Notes under the pieces: model-generated | Told to the model about the DNA's origin: nothing | Seen by the model: the letters and a program-made list of their open reading frames with translations, nothing else | Database searches by the model: none | Assembly (NCBI GenBank): GCA_965197905.1 | Contig: CBDAOB010000004.1 | Span: 896,001 to 960,000 of the forward strand | Reading direction: 5' to 3' | Length of the DNA stretch: 64,000 nucleotides | Origin: Candidatus Latescibacterota bacterium | GTDB taxonomy: Bacteria > Latescibacterota > UBA2968 > UBA8231 | Shown here: positions 20,990 to 30,341 of the stretch, one piece after another | How positions within the stretch are numbered: the stretch's first letter is position 1 | Layout of the letters: the number at the start of each line of letters is the position of its first letter | Position numbers and translations under genes: made by a program

Positions 20990-23266
20990 ATGGCCTTTAA
21001 CAGACTGTTGGTTTGGTTCATGGTGGCCCTCTCGGCGGGGGCCGGACCCACCACCGCCCAGCACTCGGTGGCGCGGCAGTGGAACGAAGCCCTGCTGGCG
21101 GCGATCCGCACCGATTTCGCCCGCCCCACGGTCCACGCCCGCAATCTCTTCCACATGAGCATAGCCTTGTACGACGCCTGGGCCGCGTACGGCGACGGCC
21201 CCGAACGGACGTATCTACTGGGCCGGACCGTGGACGGCTTCACCGCCCCTTTTGCCGGGGTCCCCCGCCCCGACGACATCGAGGCCGCCCGCCATCGGTC
21301 CATGAGCTACGCCGCCTACCGCCTCATGGAGCACCGCTTCGCCAACTCGCCGGGCTTGGGGCCCACCTTGACGCGCATCGACGGGCTCATGGACGCGTTG
21401 GGCTTCGACCTCAATTTCACCAGCACCGACTACGGCGGCGGCGAGCCGGCGGCCCTGGGCAATTATATCGCCCAGCAACTCATCGAATTCGGCCTCCAGG
21501 ACGGCTCCAACGAACAGCTAGGGTACCACAATCTGTTCTACACCCCCGTCAATCCACCCCTGCGACCGGACGAGCCGGGTAATCCCGATATCATCGACCC
21601 CAATTTCTGGCAGCCCCTCAGCCTGGAGGAATTTATCGACCAGTCGGGCCGGGCCCAGCCCGGCGACGCGATCCCCTTCCTCAGCCCCGAGTGGGGCGGG
21701 GTGACCCCCTTCGCCCTGACGGAGGACGACCTCACCCTGTACCGGCGCGAGGACAACGACTACTACGTGTACCACGACCCTGGGCCGCCGCCCCATATCG
21801 ACACCCAGCGCCCCGCCGCTGCCGCCACCCGCCAGCGCTCGGGCTTGGCACTGGCCTCGGCCGAATACCAGTGGGGTTTTGCCCTGGTGGCCGTCTGGTC
21901 GTCCCACCTCGACCCGGCCGACGGCGTCCTGTGGGACATTTCGCCCGGCACCATCGGCAATATCCCCGAATTGCCCACCACGCTCGAGGAATACCGCCAG
22001 TTCTACGACCTGCTCGAGGGCGGCGACCCCAGCCTGGGGCATCCGCTTAACCCCCACACCGGCGAGCCCTACGAGCCGCAGCTGGTGCCGCGGGCTGACT
22101 ACGCCCGCGTACTGGCCGAATTCTGGGCCGACGGCCCCGATTCGGAAACCCCGCCGGGCCACTGGTTCACCATTCTCAACTACGTCGACGACCACCCCCT
22201 CTTCGAAAAGCGTTTCAAGGGCGCCGGCCCCATCCTGGACGATCTCGAATGGGACGTCAAGGCGTACTTCGCCCTGGGAGGAGCGGTGCACGACGCCGCT
22301 ATCTCGGCCTGGGGCATCAAGGGCTGGTACGATTACGTCCGCCCCATTTCGGCCATCCGCTGGATGGCCGACACCGGCCAGAGCAGCGACCCTGGCCGAC
22401 CGCGCTTCCACCCGGCCGGCATCCCGCTCATCGACGGTAGTATCGAGCTGGTCGAGGCGGGCGACCCGCTGGCCGGCAACGACGGCGAGCACGTCAACAA
22501 AATCAAACTCAAGGCCTGGCGCGGCCCCACCTATATCACCAACCCCGACACAGATATAGCCCGCGTCGGCTGGATCCTGGCCGAAAACTGGTGGCCGTAC
22601 CAGCGCCCCACCTTCGTCACCCCGCCCTTTGCCGGCTATATCTCGGGCCACTCGACGTTTTCGCGCGCCGCCGCCGAGGTCATGACCCTGCTCACCGGCG
22701 ATCCCTTCTTCCCCGGCGGGATGGGCGAATTCCATGCCCTGCGCAACGAATTCCTTGTCTTTGAGGAAGGCCCCTCGGTCGACTTGGTGCTGCAGTGGGC
22801 CACATACCGCGACGCCTCAGACCAGACCAGTCTCTCGCGCATCTGGGGCGGCATCCACCCGCCGGCCGACGACATTCCCGGCCGCTTGATCGGCCTGCGC
22901 ATCGGCCGCGACGCCTTCGCCCTGGCCGAGGAACACTTCGTCCCGCCGCAGACGGCGGTGGCGGAGGAAAAGGTCGATGAGGTGCCAGCAGATTTCGTCC
23001 TGAGGCAGAACTGGCCCAATCCGTTCAACGCCGGCACGGCCATCTCCTTTGCGCTACCCGCCCATGATGCCGTGGACCTGGCGGTGTACAATATCTCGGG
23101 CCAGCGCGTGGTCGCGCTGGTGCGGGGGGAGCGCCCGGCCGGGCGCCATCGGGTGGCTTGGGACGGCCGCGACGACTTTGGCGCCGCACTGGCCAGCGGC
23201 GCCTATCTGTACCGCCTGCGGGCAGGCGACTGGGTACACACGCGCAAATTGCTGCTGCTGCGCTAG
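20990..23266 (+). CDS. Secreted vanadium-dependent haloperoxidase/PAP2-like protein with C-terminal FlgD-Ig domain
   Basis: Signal peptide; vanadate-site motifs KGWYDYVRP, YISGH and SRIWGGIH; C-terminal QNWPNPFN...WDGRDD..ASGAYLYRL. Confidence 0.85.
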   Translation: MAFNRLLVWFMVALSAGAGPTTAQHSVARQWNEALLAAIRTDFARPTVHARNLFHMSIALYDAWAAYGDGPERTYLLGRTVDGFTAPFAGVPRPDDIEAARHRSMSYAAYRLMEHRFANSPGLGPTLTRIDGLMDALGFDLNFTSTDYGGGEPAALGNYIAQQLIEFGLQDGSNEQLGYHNLFYTPVNPPLRPDEPGNPDIIDPNFWQPLSLEEFIDQSGRAQPGDAIPFLSPEWGGVTPFALTEDDLTLYRREDNDYYVYHDPGPPPHIDTQRPAAAATRQRSGLALASAEYQWGFALVAVWSSHLDPADGVLWDISPGTIGNIPELPTTLEEYRQFYDLLEGGDPSLGHPLNPHTGEPYEPQLVPRADYARVLAEFWADGPDSETPPGHWFTILNYVDDHPLFEKRFKGAGPILDDLEWDVKAYFALGGAVHDAAISAWGIKGWYDYVRPISAIRWMADTGQSSDPGRPRFHPAGIPLIDGSIELVEAGDPLAGNDGEHVNKIKLKAWRGPTYITNPDTDIARVGWILAENWWPYQRPTFVTPPFAGYISGHSTFSRAAAEVMTLLTGDPFFPGGMGEFHALRNEFLVFEEGPSVDLVLQWATYRDASDQTSLSRIWGGIHPPADDIPGRLIGLRIGRDAFALAEEHFVPPQTAVAEEKVDEVPADFVLRQNWPNPFNAGTAISFALPAHDAVDLAVYNISGQRVVALVRGERPAGRHRVAWDGRDDFGAALASGAYLYRLRAGDWVHTRKLLLLR

Positions 23267-23461
23267 CCAGGACGGATACTTCGCCGCTCAGGGCTAGCCG
23301 GCCCTTGTCTCTGAGCACGGCTTCGGGGGTGGGATGCCAGCGCTTGCCGCCGGCGAGCACAATCGGTCGGGGTCCGGAAACTGCGCCGGGTCCCGGTTGG
23401 CCGCGCCCAGCATTATGAAATCATTCGGTTCGGGCACACGCCGGTGGGTTCAGCGCTGCTC

Positions 23462-24262
23462 CTACCACACCGTCCATCCGCCATCAACAACCAGATTATG
23501 ACCTGTCACATACGCTGAGAGATCACTGGCCAGGTATGCAACAGCTCCTTTGAAATCCTCCTCGGTGGCCATGCGACGCAGTGGCGTACGTGCCTTGTAG
23601 CGTTCGTGGAAGACGTCCAGTTGGTTGCGCCACACACCACCCGGCGATATGGCATTGACGCGCACGTCTGGTGCCATCTCGGTCGCCAGCCAGCGGGTCA
23701 ACTGTAGCAATCCGCCTTTGCCGGCCGCGTAGGCAGCCGGAAGGCTATCAGGGGTGTCTTCATACATGGGTACATGAGGTCCTACTATCCCATAGATCGA
23801 GCCGATGTTTATCACGGAGCCGCGTCCCGATTCTGCCAAGGCCTCAGCACATGCCTGCACCAGCACAAATGGCGCCGTCAGGTTCACTTCTAAGGCCAGC
23901 CTCCAGGGTTCAGACCGTTGCTCCAGAAACGGGGCGGCCCATCCCTTCAAGCCTGATCCCACCAGCGCAGCGCAGTTGACCAGGATGTTCAACCGTCCGA
24001 AACGGTCGAGAACCTTCTCGGGTACCGACCGCACTGCCTGCTCATCCGCCAGATCGATGACCAGTGGCAGGGTCTCGACGCCGAAGTTTTGGTGAATCTG
24101 CTTGGCCACGGCGGTACAAGATTCGTGTGCCGTGTCTAGCACGACGATGGCAGCGCCCAACTCGGCCAGCGCCTCGCATATCGCAACCCCGATATGTCCT
24201 CCGCCACCGGTAATCAGGGCTACACCCCCTTGCAGATTCATCAGCTCCTGCAGTGATTTCAT
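23462..24262 (-). CDS. SDR family oxidoreductase
   Basis: TGGGGHIG, YAAGK, VNAISPGG and VDGG motifs. Confidence 0.9.
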   Translation of the reverse strand: MKSLQELMNLQGGVALITGGGGHIGVAICEALAELGAAIVVLDTAHESCTAVAKQIHQNFGVETLPLVIDLADEQAVRSVPEKVLDRFGRLNILVNCAALVGSGLKGWAAPFLEQRSEPWRLALEVNLTAPFVLVQACAEALAESGRGSVINIGSIYGIVGPHVPMYEDTPDSLPAAYAAGKGGLLQLTRWLATEMAPDVRVNAISPGGVWRNQLDVFHERYKARTPLRRMATEEDFKGAVAYLASDLSAYVTGHNLVVDGGWTVW

Positions 24263-24334
24263 CCTACGCCCGACATCGCATAGAGGCCAATTGTAGTTCC
24301 ATTTTCTTTCACTTCACGGCGTAGTCGAGGCATT

Positions 24335-25024
24335 TCAGTGTCCCATGCGCTTGAGCCCTGCATCCATGGTGAAGTCCGGACTCTTCATGAAATCAAACGC
24401 CTCACGCTCGAGCTCTCGTATCTTCTCCACCTCGGCCGGCAGCTCGTGGGCGATCTCCAGCGGAACCGTGATCACGCCATTCACGTCGCCATGAATCAGA
24501 TCGCCGGTCTCGACGTACATGCCGTCGACGACCACCGGCATGCCCCAGGTCACTCGACGTGGGTTGCCGTGCGAGGCGGTGGTGCCCAACGCGAAACACT
24601 GCATGCCCAGCGCTTTGACCTCGTTCACATCGCGGATAGCGCCGTCGGCCACCATTCCCACCGCCCCTAGTTGCTGCATGAGGGTTGCCATATACTCACC
24701 AAACGGCGCGGCGTCCCCATGTCGTGGCCCGATATCCTGCTGGACCAGCACGACCGGCTTGGGCGAGGCATCAACCAGCTCTGCGAATTGCCTGAGTCCG
24801 CGGCCGACGCTCGGTGGACCGGGGCTGGTTGGGTCCGTCTGCGAGGTAACAGCGTAGCCGACCATGACGCCCAGCTCAGGGAACATGCAGCGCATACGGT
24901 GGCCGGTGAAACCAGTGACAAGCTCTCGTACCTTAAATGCCTCGACGGCATTCGACAGAGTAGGGGTATCGATACCGCGCAGCGTCTCGATGAGCTCGGG
25001 TGAAAGGGTCTTTTTCGTTGTCAT
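24335..25024 (-). CDS. RraA/HMG-aldolase family protein
   Basis: DTPTLSNA, GYAVT, GEYMA, DGAIRD and GDLIHGDVNGV motifs. Confidence 0.85.
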   Translation of the reverse strand: MTTKKTLSPELIETLRGIDTPTLSNAVEAFKVRELVTGFTGHRMRCMFPELGVMVGYAVTSQTDPTSPGPPSVGRGLRQFAELVDASPKPVVLVQQDIGPRHGDAAPFGEYMATLMQQLGAVGMVADGAIRDVNEVKALGMQCFALGTTASHGNPRRVTWGMPVVVDGMYVETGDLIHGDVNGVITVPLEIAHELPAEVEKIRELEREAFDFMKSPDFTMDAGLKRMGH

Positions 25025-25029
25025 GTTAA

Positions 25030-25920
25030 TCACACCTCCTGATAAGTCCTCTTTTGCACCGCGACCACCTGCTCCAGTTGGTTCAGATAGTTCACGGAAC
25101 TCTCGAGAAGCGTTTCACGCAGCAGCTCCACGTTGAGCCTGGATGGTACAAACCCGATGGACAAGAAGCCCTGGTACCCAATTTCATCAAGCGTCCTGAT
25201 GACCTCTATGAAATCAATATGCCCGGTGCCAGGCGCCTCGCGATTGCTGTCCGACACGTGCACGTTCATCAGCTTACTGCCCGCCATCCTGAGAGCGCCG
25301 CAGATGGAGCTGTCTTCGATGTTTGCATGAAAGAAGTCTACCAAAACGCCCAAGGCGCTGGCATCGATCTCTCCAATGACGCTCATGGTGTCAGCGACGC
25401 TGTTCAAGAATCCTGGATGGCCCTCATACCGGTTGATGGGCTCGATGGCAATGGCGACGTTGTGAGCCGCGGCATATTCACACATCTCGCTGGCAGATTT
25501 GATAAAGTTCTGTCTGATGATCTCGAGCGGCACACTGGAGCGCGGATAGTCAGGGCGTAAGGGAGCCGCGCAGACCTCGAAGATCGGTGAGCCCAGGTTC
25601 GCCGCCAGGTCGATGCACTTTTGGGCGTAATCTAAGGCGTGTCTTCTCACCGCATCGTCGCTCGACGCCAGGTCTCTCTCTTCTCCGGCGTCCCAGCCGC
25701 CCCAAGACCCACCGAGCGTTGGTAGCTCCAGGCCGAGCGCGGCCGCAATGCTCGCTATTTTCCTGGCCAATGTCGGATCGATCCTGTCCGGCTGGCCCTT
25801 GAGTTCGATACCGTTGTACCCCGCCTGCGCAATCATCTCAAGCACCTCGCGCGGATTTTCCACGGCATCGAACCCAGCCACTGCTAACGCACTGGCCTTC
25901 ACCGAGTATTTCAAAGCCAT
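25030..25920 (-). CDS. Sugar-phosphate isomerase/epimerase (ketose 3-epimerase-like)
   Basis: EPINRYE, DFFH and HVSDSNREAPGTGHIDF motifs; GGGAGG RBS. Confidence 0.85.
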   Translation of the reverse strand: MALKYSVKASALAVAGFDAVENPREVLEMIAQAGYNGIELKGQPDRIDPTLARKIASIAAALGLELPTLGGSWGGWDAGEERDLASSDDAVRRHALDYAQKCIDLAANLGSPIFEVCAAPLRPDYPRSSVPLEIIRQNFIKSASEMCEYAAAHNVAIAIEPINRYEGHPGFLNSVADTMSVIGEIDASALGVLVDFFHANIEDSSICGALRMAGSKLMNVHVSDSNREAPGTGHIDFIEVIRTLDEIGYQGFLSIGFVPSRLNVELLRETLLESSVNYLNQLEQVVAVQKRTYQEV

Positions 25921-26061
25921 TGCTGTTCCTCCCTTAGCGAAATCCTATAGCGGCTATCAGGACAGGCTGTTGCACACAGCGCGTCGGCTCGGCCATCACG
26001 TCGTCCGTCAACGGAGAAGCCGTCGCCAAGTTTCGAATCGTCGAGACGAATGATGGCAGCA

Positions 26062-26111
26062 AAGTATAGGACAAATAAAGACCGTTATCGTTAGTGACGC
26101 CGAGGGTCCGT
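26062..26111 (-). repeat. Junction motif, subfamily A copy
   Basis: Minus strand reads ACGGACCCTCGGCGTCACTAACGATAACGGTCTTTATTTGTCCTATACTT; aligns with copies at 44224, 61519 and 62480. Confidence 0.85.
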
Positions 26112-26172
26112 GCGCCATCGGGTGGCTTGGGACGACCGCGACGAGCTTGGTGCCGAATTGGCCAGCGGCGCC
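26112..26172 (+). pseudogene. 61-bp internal fragment of an FlgD-Ig domain
   Basis: 55/61 nt identical (manual count) to 23143-23203; encodes RHRVAWDDRDELGAELASGA. Confidence 0.85.
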
Positions 26173-26200
26173 GATAATGCCATTTATTTGCCCTGTCCTT
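26172..26200 (+). repeat. Junction motif, truncated subfamily B-like copy
   Basis: CGATAATGCCATTTATTTGCCCTGTCCTT versus CGATAACGCGTTTTATTCGCCCTATCCTT at 53754-53782. Confidence 0.7.
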
Positions 26201-26330
26201 CGCTGGAGTTGGTAATTATATCCTGATTGTCAATAGGCCCAGAGAACATCCACTATAACCCCTACCTCCGGAATATTGGCCGATTTTAATTTTCTTAGCT
26301 TTTCAGACTGTTTTTCGATGTCCAAAAGCC

Positions 26331-26351
26331 CCTTTATAAATTCCTATACAT
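26331..26351 (+). mobile_element. IS91/ISCR-like oriIS end
   Basis: CCTTTATAAATTCCTATACAT matches the recalled IS91-family oriIS pattern TTT..AAATTCCTATnC. Confidence 0.5.
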
Positions 26352-26395
26352 AGACCCAAGCTCTGGCACAATTCTAAATGAAAGAGGTGTTGCTG

Positions 26396-27367
26396 ATGAA
26401 AATACTCTTTATTCCTTTGCCAGAACTATTCAAACAGCCCTGGTACGATGGCTTTGTCGCGGCGATTGACGGACGCTATCCTATTCGGCTTTGCGACCCC
26501 GCTAAACCATTGGCCGATCAATTTCAGGGTATCGACGTTGTGGTTGAGTTGGGGGGCGCAACTCGAAATATGATTGATGCCGGTCTAGCAGCGGGCGTAA
26601 AACTGTGGCAAATTTACCGTACCGGCCTGGATGAAGTAGATGTGGCCTATTTCTTAGAGCAGGGTCTGCCCCTGACCCATACGCCCGGCCATTTTAGCGC
26701 CGTCGCCTTGGCCGAGCAAGCACTTTTTTTGATGCTCTGCCTGGCCAAGAACTTTAAAGCCAGCCAGCAGAGCGTGCGCTCGCGGGTACTTTGTGCCCCA
26801 ACCACCGACGAGTTGGCCGGGAAGAGCTTAGGCCTGATTGGACTGGGCGCGAGTGGCCGCGAACTGGCCAAGCGGGCTTGGGCGATGGGTATGCGGACCA
26901 TGGCCATAGATATAGCCGATGTCCCGCAAGCGACACGTGACGAATTGCATATTGCATTCTTTGGCGACCCGTCGCAATTGGACAAGGTGTTGGTCGAGGC
27001 AGATTACCTGTCGATCCACACACCGCTTACATCGCGGACCCGACATATGATTGACCGGCGCGTCTTGGAACTGATGAAACCAACGGCCGTGTTGATCAAC
27101 GTTGCCCGCGGCGGGATTGTGGATGCGGATGCTCTCTTCGAGGCGCTACAGATCGGGCAGATTTGTGGCGCCGGATTAGATGTGTTCGCCCAAGAACCGA
27201 TAGACCCAGCCCATCCCTTATTGCAGATGGAGAATGTGATTATCACGCCGCACGCGGCCGGGGTGACCACAGAAACCGCGCTACGACGTGGCCAGGCGTT
27301 TGCCGAGAACGTGGACCGCGTCGCCCAAGGCCTGTCGCCACTATACCAGGTCATGTCTGTTGAATAA
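26396..27367 (+). CDS. D-isomer-specific 2-hydroxyacid dehydrogenase
   Basis: GLIGLGASG, INVARG, GLDVFAQEP and ITPH motifs; GAGGTG RBS; visibly lower GC than its neighbours. Confidence 0.9.
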   Translation: MKILFIPLPELFKQPWYDGFVAAIDGRYPIRLCDPAKPLADQFQGIDVVVELGGATRNMIDAGLAAGVKLWQIYRTGLDEVDVAYFLEQGLPLTHTPGHFSAVALAEQALFLMLCLAKNFKASQQSVRSRVLCAPTTDELAGKSLGLIGLGASGRELAKRAWAMGMRTMAIDIADVPQATRDELHIAFFGDPSQLDKVLVEADYLSIHTPLTSRTRHMIDRRVLELMKPTAVLINVARGGIVDADALFEALQIGQICGAGLDVFAQEPIDPAHPLLQMENVIITPHAAGVTTETALRRGQAFAENVDRVAQGLSPLYQVMSVE

Positions 27368-27434
27368 GCCGTACGATCTCCGCAAGATTGCTCTAGCTGA
27401 GAGAAAACGCTGAACCGCCAGGTGGGAAAGCATA

Positions 27435-28679
27435 ATGTCAACGATCGAAAGTGGCGCGTTGGACGAGCAGTTATCGACACCCGAATTCCTGAACGACCCG
27501 TACCCTTTATACCACCGACTGCGTAACGTGGATCCGGTGCATTGGAGCGACGCCTGGGACTGCTGGCTGCTCACACGTTACGACGACGTGAATGCGGCGC
27601 TGCACGACTCGAAGCAATTTTCCAGTGTGGGGACGATCGAGCGTTTTCTTCAGCAACTTCCGGCCGATGCACTGGCAGAACTGCAGCCGTTATACAAACA
27701 CTTCACCTCCGGCATGGTGCGCCTCGACCCGCCTGAGCACACGCGGATTCGCAGTCTGACCAACAAGGCGTTTACGCCCCGCGTCGTCGGATCGCTCAGG
27801 ACGCAGATTCAACGCATCGTCGACGAATTGATCGATGCCTTTCAGGCACGCGGGCAGTGTAATCTGATCTCCGAGTTTGCCTATCCGCTGCCGGCGCAAG
27901 TGTTCGCGGGCCTGATCGGATTCCCGTTGGAAGATTGTGACCGGTTCAAGGTGTGGTCGGTCGAAATTGCCGCGTTTCATGGCACCGGCAGGGCGGACCC
28001 CGCCGTGGCGAAGCAAAGCCAAAGCGCATTGCTGGAAGCCCGACAATGGTTGAGCGAACTGGCGGACGACCGGCGCAGCCAGCCACGGGACGACCTGCTA
28101 ACACGCTTTGTCCAGGCCGAAGAGGAAGGCGACCGTCTGAGCGAGGCCGAAATGTTTTCGACATGTGTGACCTTCATGATCGGTGGGCACGAAACGACAA
28201 CCAATCTCATCGGCAACGGAATGCTGGCCTTGCTGCAGAATCCCGATCAATGGTCCTTGATACGGCAGAATTCGAATCGGATCGAATCGACGGTCGAGGA
28301 GATGTTGCGCTATGACGCACCAACCCAACGAGCCCACCGCATCGCGGTAACGGATATTTCGCTGCGGGGAAAAACGATTCGCCAGGGTGAACTCATTCAG
28401 GCAGTCCTGGGGGCCGCCAATCGTGACCCCGAGCAGTTTCCGGAGCCCGACCGGTTCGACATCACGCGACAGAACAACAAGCACCTCTCGTTTGGAGCCG
28501 GTCCGCACTACTGTGTCGGCGCACCCCTTTCACGGCTGGAAGCTCAGATCGCGATTCCCACGCTCATTCACCGTCTTCCCAACCTCAGGCTGGCGTCCGA
28601 CGAAGTCCCAGAACTTTCCTCCAATAACTTTTTTCGAGGGCGCACCAAGCTACCGTTGGAATTTGATATGGCGCCATGA
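27435..28679 (+). CDS. Cytochrome P450
   Basis: DPPEHTRIR, GGHETT, EEMLRY and FGAGPHYCVG motifs. Confidence 0.95.
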   Translation: MSTIESGALDEQLSTPEFLNDPYPLYHRLRNVDPVHWSDAWDCWLLTRYDDVNAALHDSKQFSSVGTIERFLQQLPADALAELQPLYKHFTSGMVRLDPPEHTRIRSLTNKAFTPRVVGSLRTQIQRIVDELIDAFQARGQCNLISEFAYPLPAQVFAGLIGFPLEDCDRFKVWSVEIAAFHGTGRADPAVAKQSQSALLEARQWLSELADDRRSQPRDDLLTRFVQAEEEGDRLSEAEMFSTCVTFMIGGHETTTNLIGNGMLALLQNPDQWSLIRQNSNRIESTVEEMLRYDAPTQRAHRIAVTDISLRGKTIRQGELIQAVLGAANRDPEQFPEPDRFDITRQNNKHLSFGAGPHYCVGAPLSRLEAQIAIPTLIHRLPNLRLASDEVPELSSNNFFRGRTKLPLEFDMAP

Positions 28680-28720
28680 CAAGCAAAATGAAGGACGCGT
28701 CTCCTGACCGGTGAGACCCA

Positions 28721-28753
28721 TCAGACACGTCGGACATGTCCGACCCGTCCGAC
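28721..28753. repeat. Short 9-bp tandem repeat (TCnGAC-nnG x3.7) containing a perfect 16-bp palindrome GTCGGACATGTCCGAC
   Basis: Read directly; lies between convergent genes. Confidence 0.6.
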
Positions 28754-29013
28754 AAAATGCGCGTCCGGCGTCGCCTGGTCGATCCGCAGCAGGGCGTCCG
28801 CGCCGGTCCTCTGTGCTTCGCCGCCCGCTATACTTACGCGGACTTGAGTTCGACGGATGCCGTCGTGCGCCGATGCAGAACGCGATCGACGCAGTACGCA
28901 TTCGGATACGATGCGATACGCCTCGGTTATGCGCCGCTATCAAGGCGTGCCAGGTTGTAGCGGTAGGTCTGCGGGCTGGTAACGTCGCGCGGGCGCAAGA
29001 ATTTTCGGCCGGC

Positions 29014-30207
29014 TTAGCGCTCGCTCTTCTGCAGTACCGAAGCGATCTCGCGGGCGAAACCGAGGAGCAGCTCGTCCGCGCCGGGAGCCCCGATTAGCGA
29101 GAGTCCGACGGGAAGCCCATCGAGCGCGGCCAGCGGCAGGCTGATCTGCGGCGCTCCGATGGTACCGGCGATGCAGGTAAGAGCGAGGATGCGCGCTCTG
29201 TTGGCGTACCGCTCAGGTACAGAGAGGCCGACGGGAGGGGCCGGCATCGGAGTGGTTGGCAAGCAAACGACAGCGCCGTCTTCGAGCACCTCTGCCATCC
29301 GGTGTACGATTGCTTCGCGCTCGGTCTGGGCTTGCTCGACGTCGGCCTCGGAGATGGCCATGGCGTCGGTGAAACGCCGGGCGACCTCGAAACCGAAGCG
29401 CGGATCCACCCGCTCGATCCACTCCTGCGCAGACGCCAGGGACTGTCGTAGGGCAAGTATCGATTGCTGCCGCACCCACGCACCGAGACCCGCGTCGGAC
29501 AGTTGCAACCCCTTCGTATCCGCAGCCATGGTCGCCACCTTCTCCGCCACGGGCAGCAACGCGGCAGCCACCTCTGCGTCGGCGGTCTCGAACGCATCCT
29601 CCGCGATCAAAACTTGGGCGGGACGGGCTATTGTTACCCGGCTTTGCAGCAGAATCTCGCCGACCCGTGCGAGCACCGCGGCGTCGCGTGCGAACCAGCC
29701 CACTGTGTCGTAGTCGGGGGCGCTCTGCAACATGCCATCTATCGGAATGCGCCCATGGGTGGGACGCATGCCGAATATCCCGCAAAAGCTGGCTGGTATG
29801 CGCACCGAGCCGCCGGTATCCGAGCCCAGAGCGAAGTCTACCATCTCGCCGGCTACCGCGGCTGCCGAACCACTGGAGGAGCCCCCCGGAACCCGCCCGG
29901 GAGCTGCCGGGTTCACAGGAGTGCCGTAGTGGGCATTCTCCCCGAAAAGTCCCCTAGTCAGTTCGTCGGTGTGGGTCTTCCCCACCATGGTCGCGCCGGC
30001 GTCGACCAGCACCTGAACCGCCCACGATGTTGTCACTGCTTTCCCGTGGGTCGCCTTCCAGTCCGGATTGCCGCCCCCAGTGACTTCCCCGGCCACGTCG
30101 TAGATGTCCTTCGCAGCGAAACTGAGACCAGACAACGGCCCATCCTTCGCACCCGGGAGGTATGCTTGACTATCCTTGCAGAACGCGTTCAGACGGTCGT
30201 CCATCAC
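29014..30207 (-). CDS. Amidase-signature family amidase
   Basis: AKD, GGSSSGSA and GSDTGGSVRIPAS motifs. Confidence 0.93.
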   Translation of the reverse strand: MMDDRLNAFCKDSQAYLPGAKDGPLSGLSFAAKDIYDVAGEVTGGGNPDWKATHGKAVTTSWAVQVLVDAGATMVGKTHTDELTRGLFGENAHYGTPVNPAAPGRVPGGSSSGSAAAVAGEMVDFALGSDTGGSVRIPASFCGIFGMRPTHGRIPIDGMLQSAPDYDTVGWFARDAAVLARVGEILLQSRVTIARPAQVLIAEDAFETADAEVAAALLPVAEKVATMAADTKGLQLSDAGLGAWVRQQSILALRQSLASAQEWIERVDPRFGFEVARRFTDAMAISEADVEQAQTEREAIVHRMAEVLEDGAVVCLPTTPMPAPPVGLSVPERYANRARILALTCIAGTIGAPQISLPLAALDGLPVGLSLIGAPGADELLLGFAREIASVLQKSER

Positions 30208-30236
30208 GGTTCATTCCAATGTCTATAACCACCCGA

Positions 30237-30280
30237 CCTTGCCGCAAGCAATTGTCGTGGTGTTTATTTCTTTCTTTTGG
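30237..30280 (+). repeat. Junction motif, degenerate copy
   Basis: CCTTGCCGC-N13-GGTGTTTATT with spacing identical to subfamily A; the CGATAA and -10-like parts are eroded. Confidence 0.5.
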
Positions 30281-30341
30281 AAAGAGGGCCACTTCGTCGC
30301 GACCCTGAAATGTCTTGACTCACAGCTAAAAGGTCCAGTCG

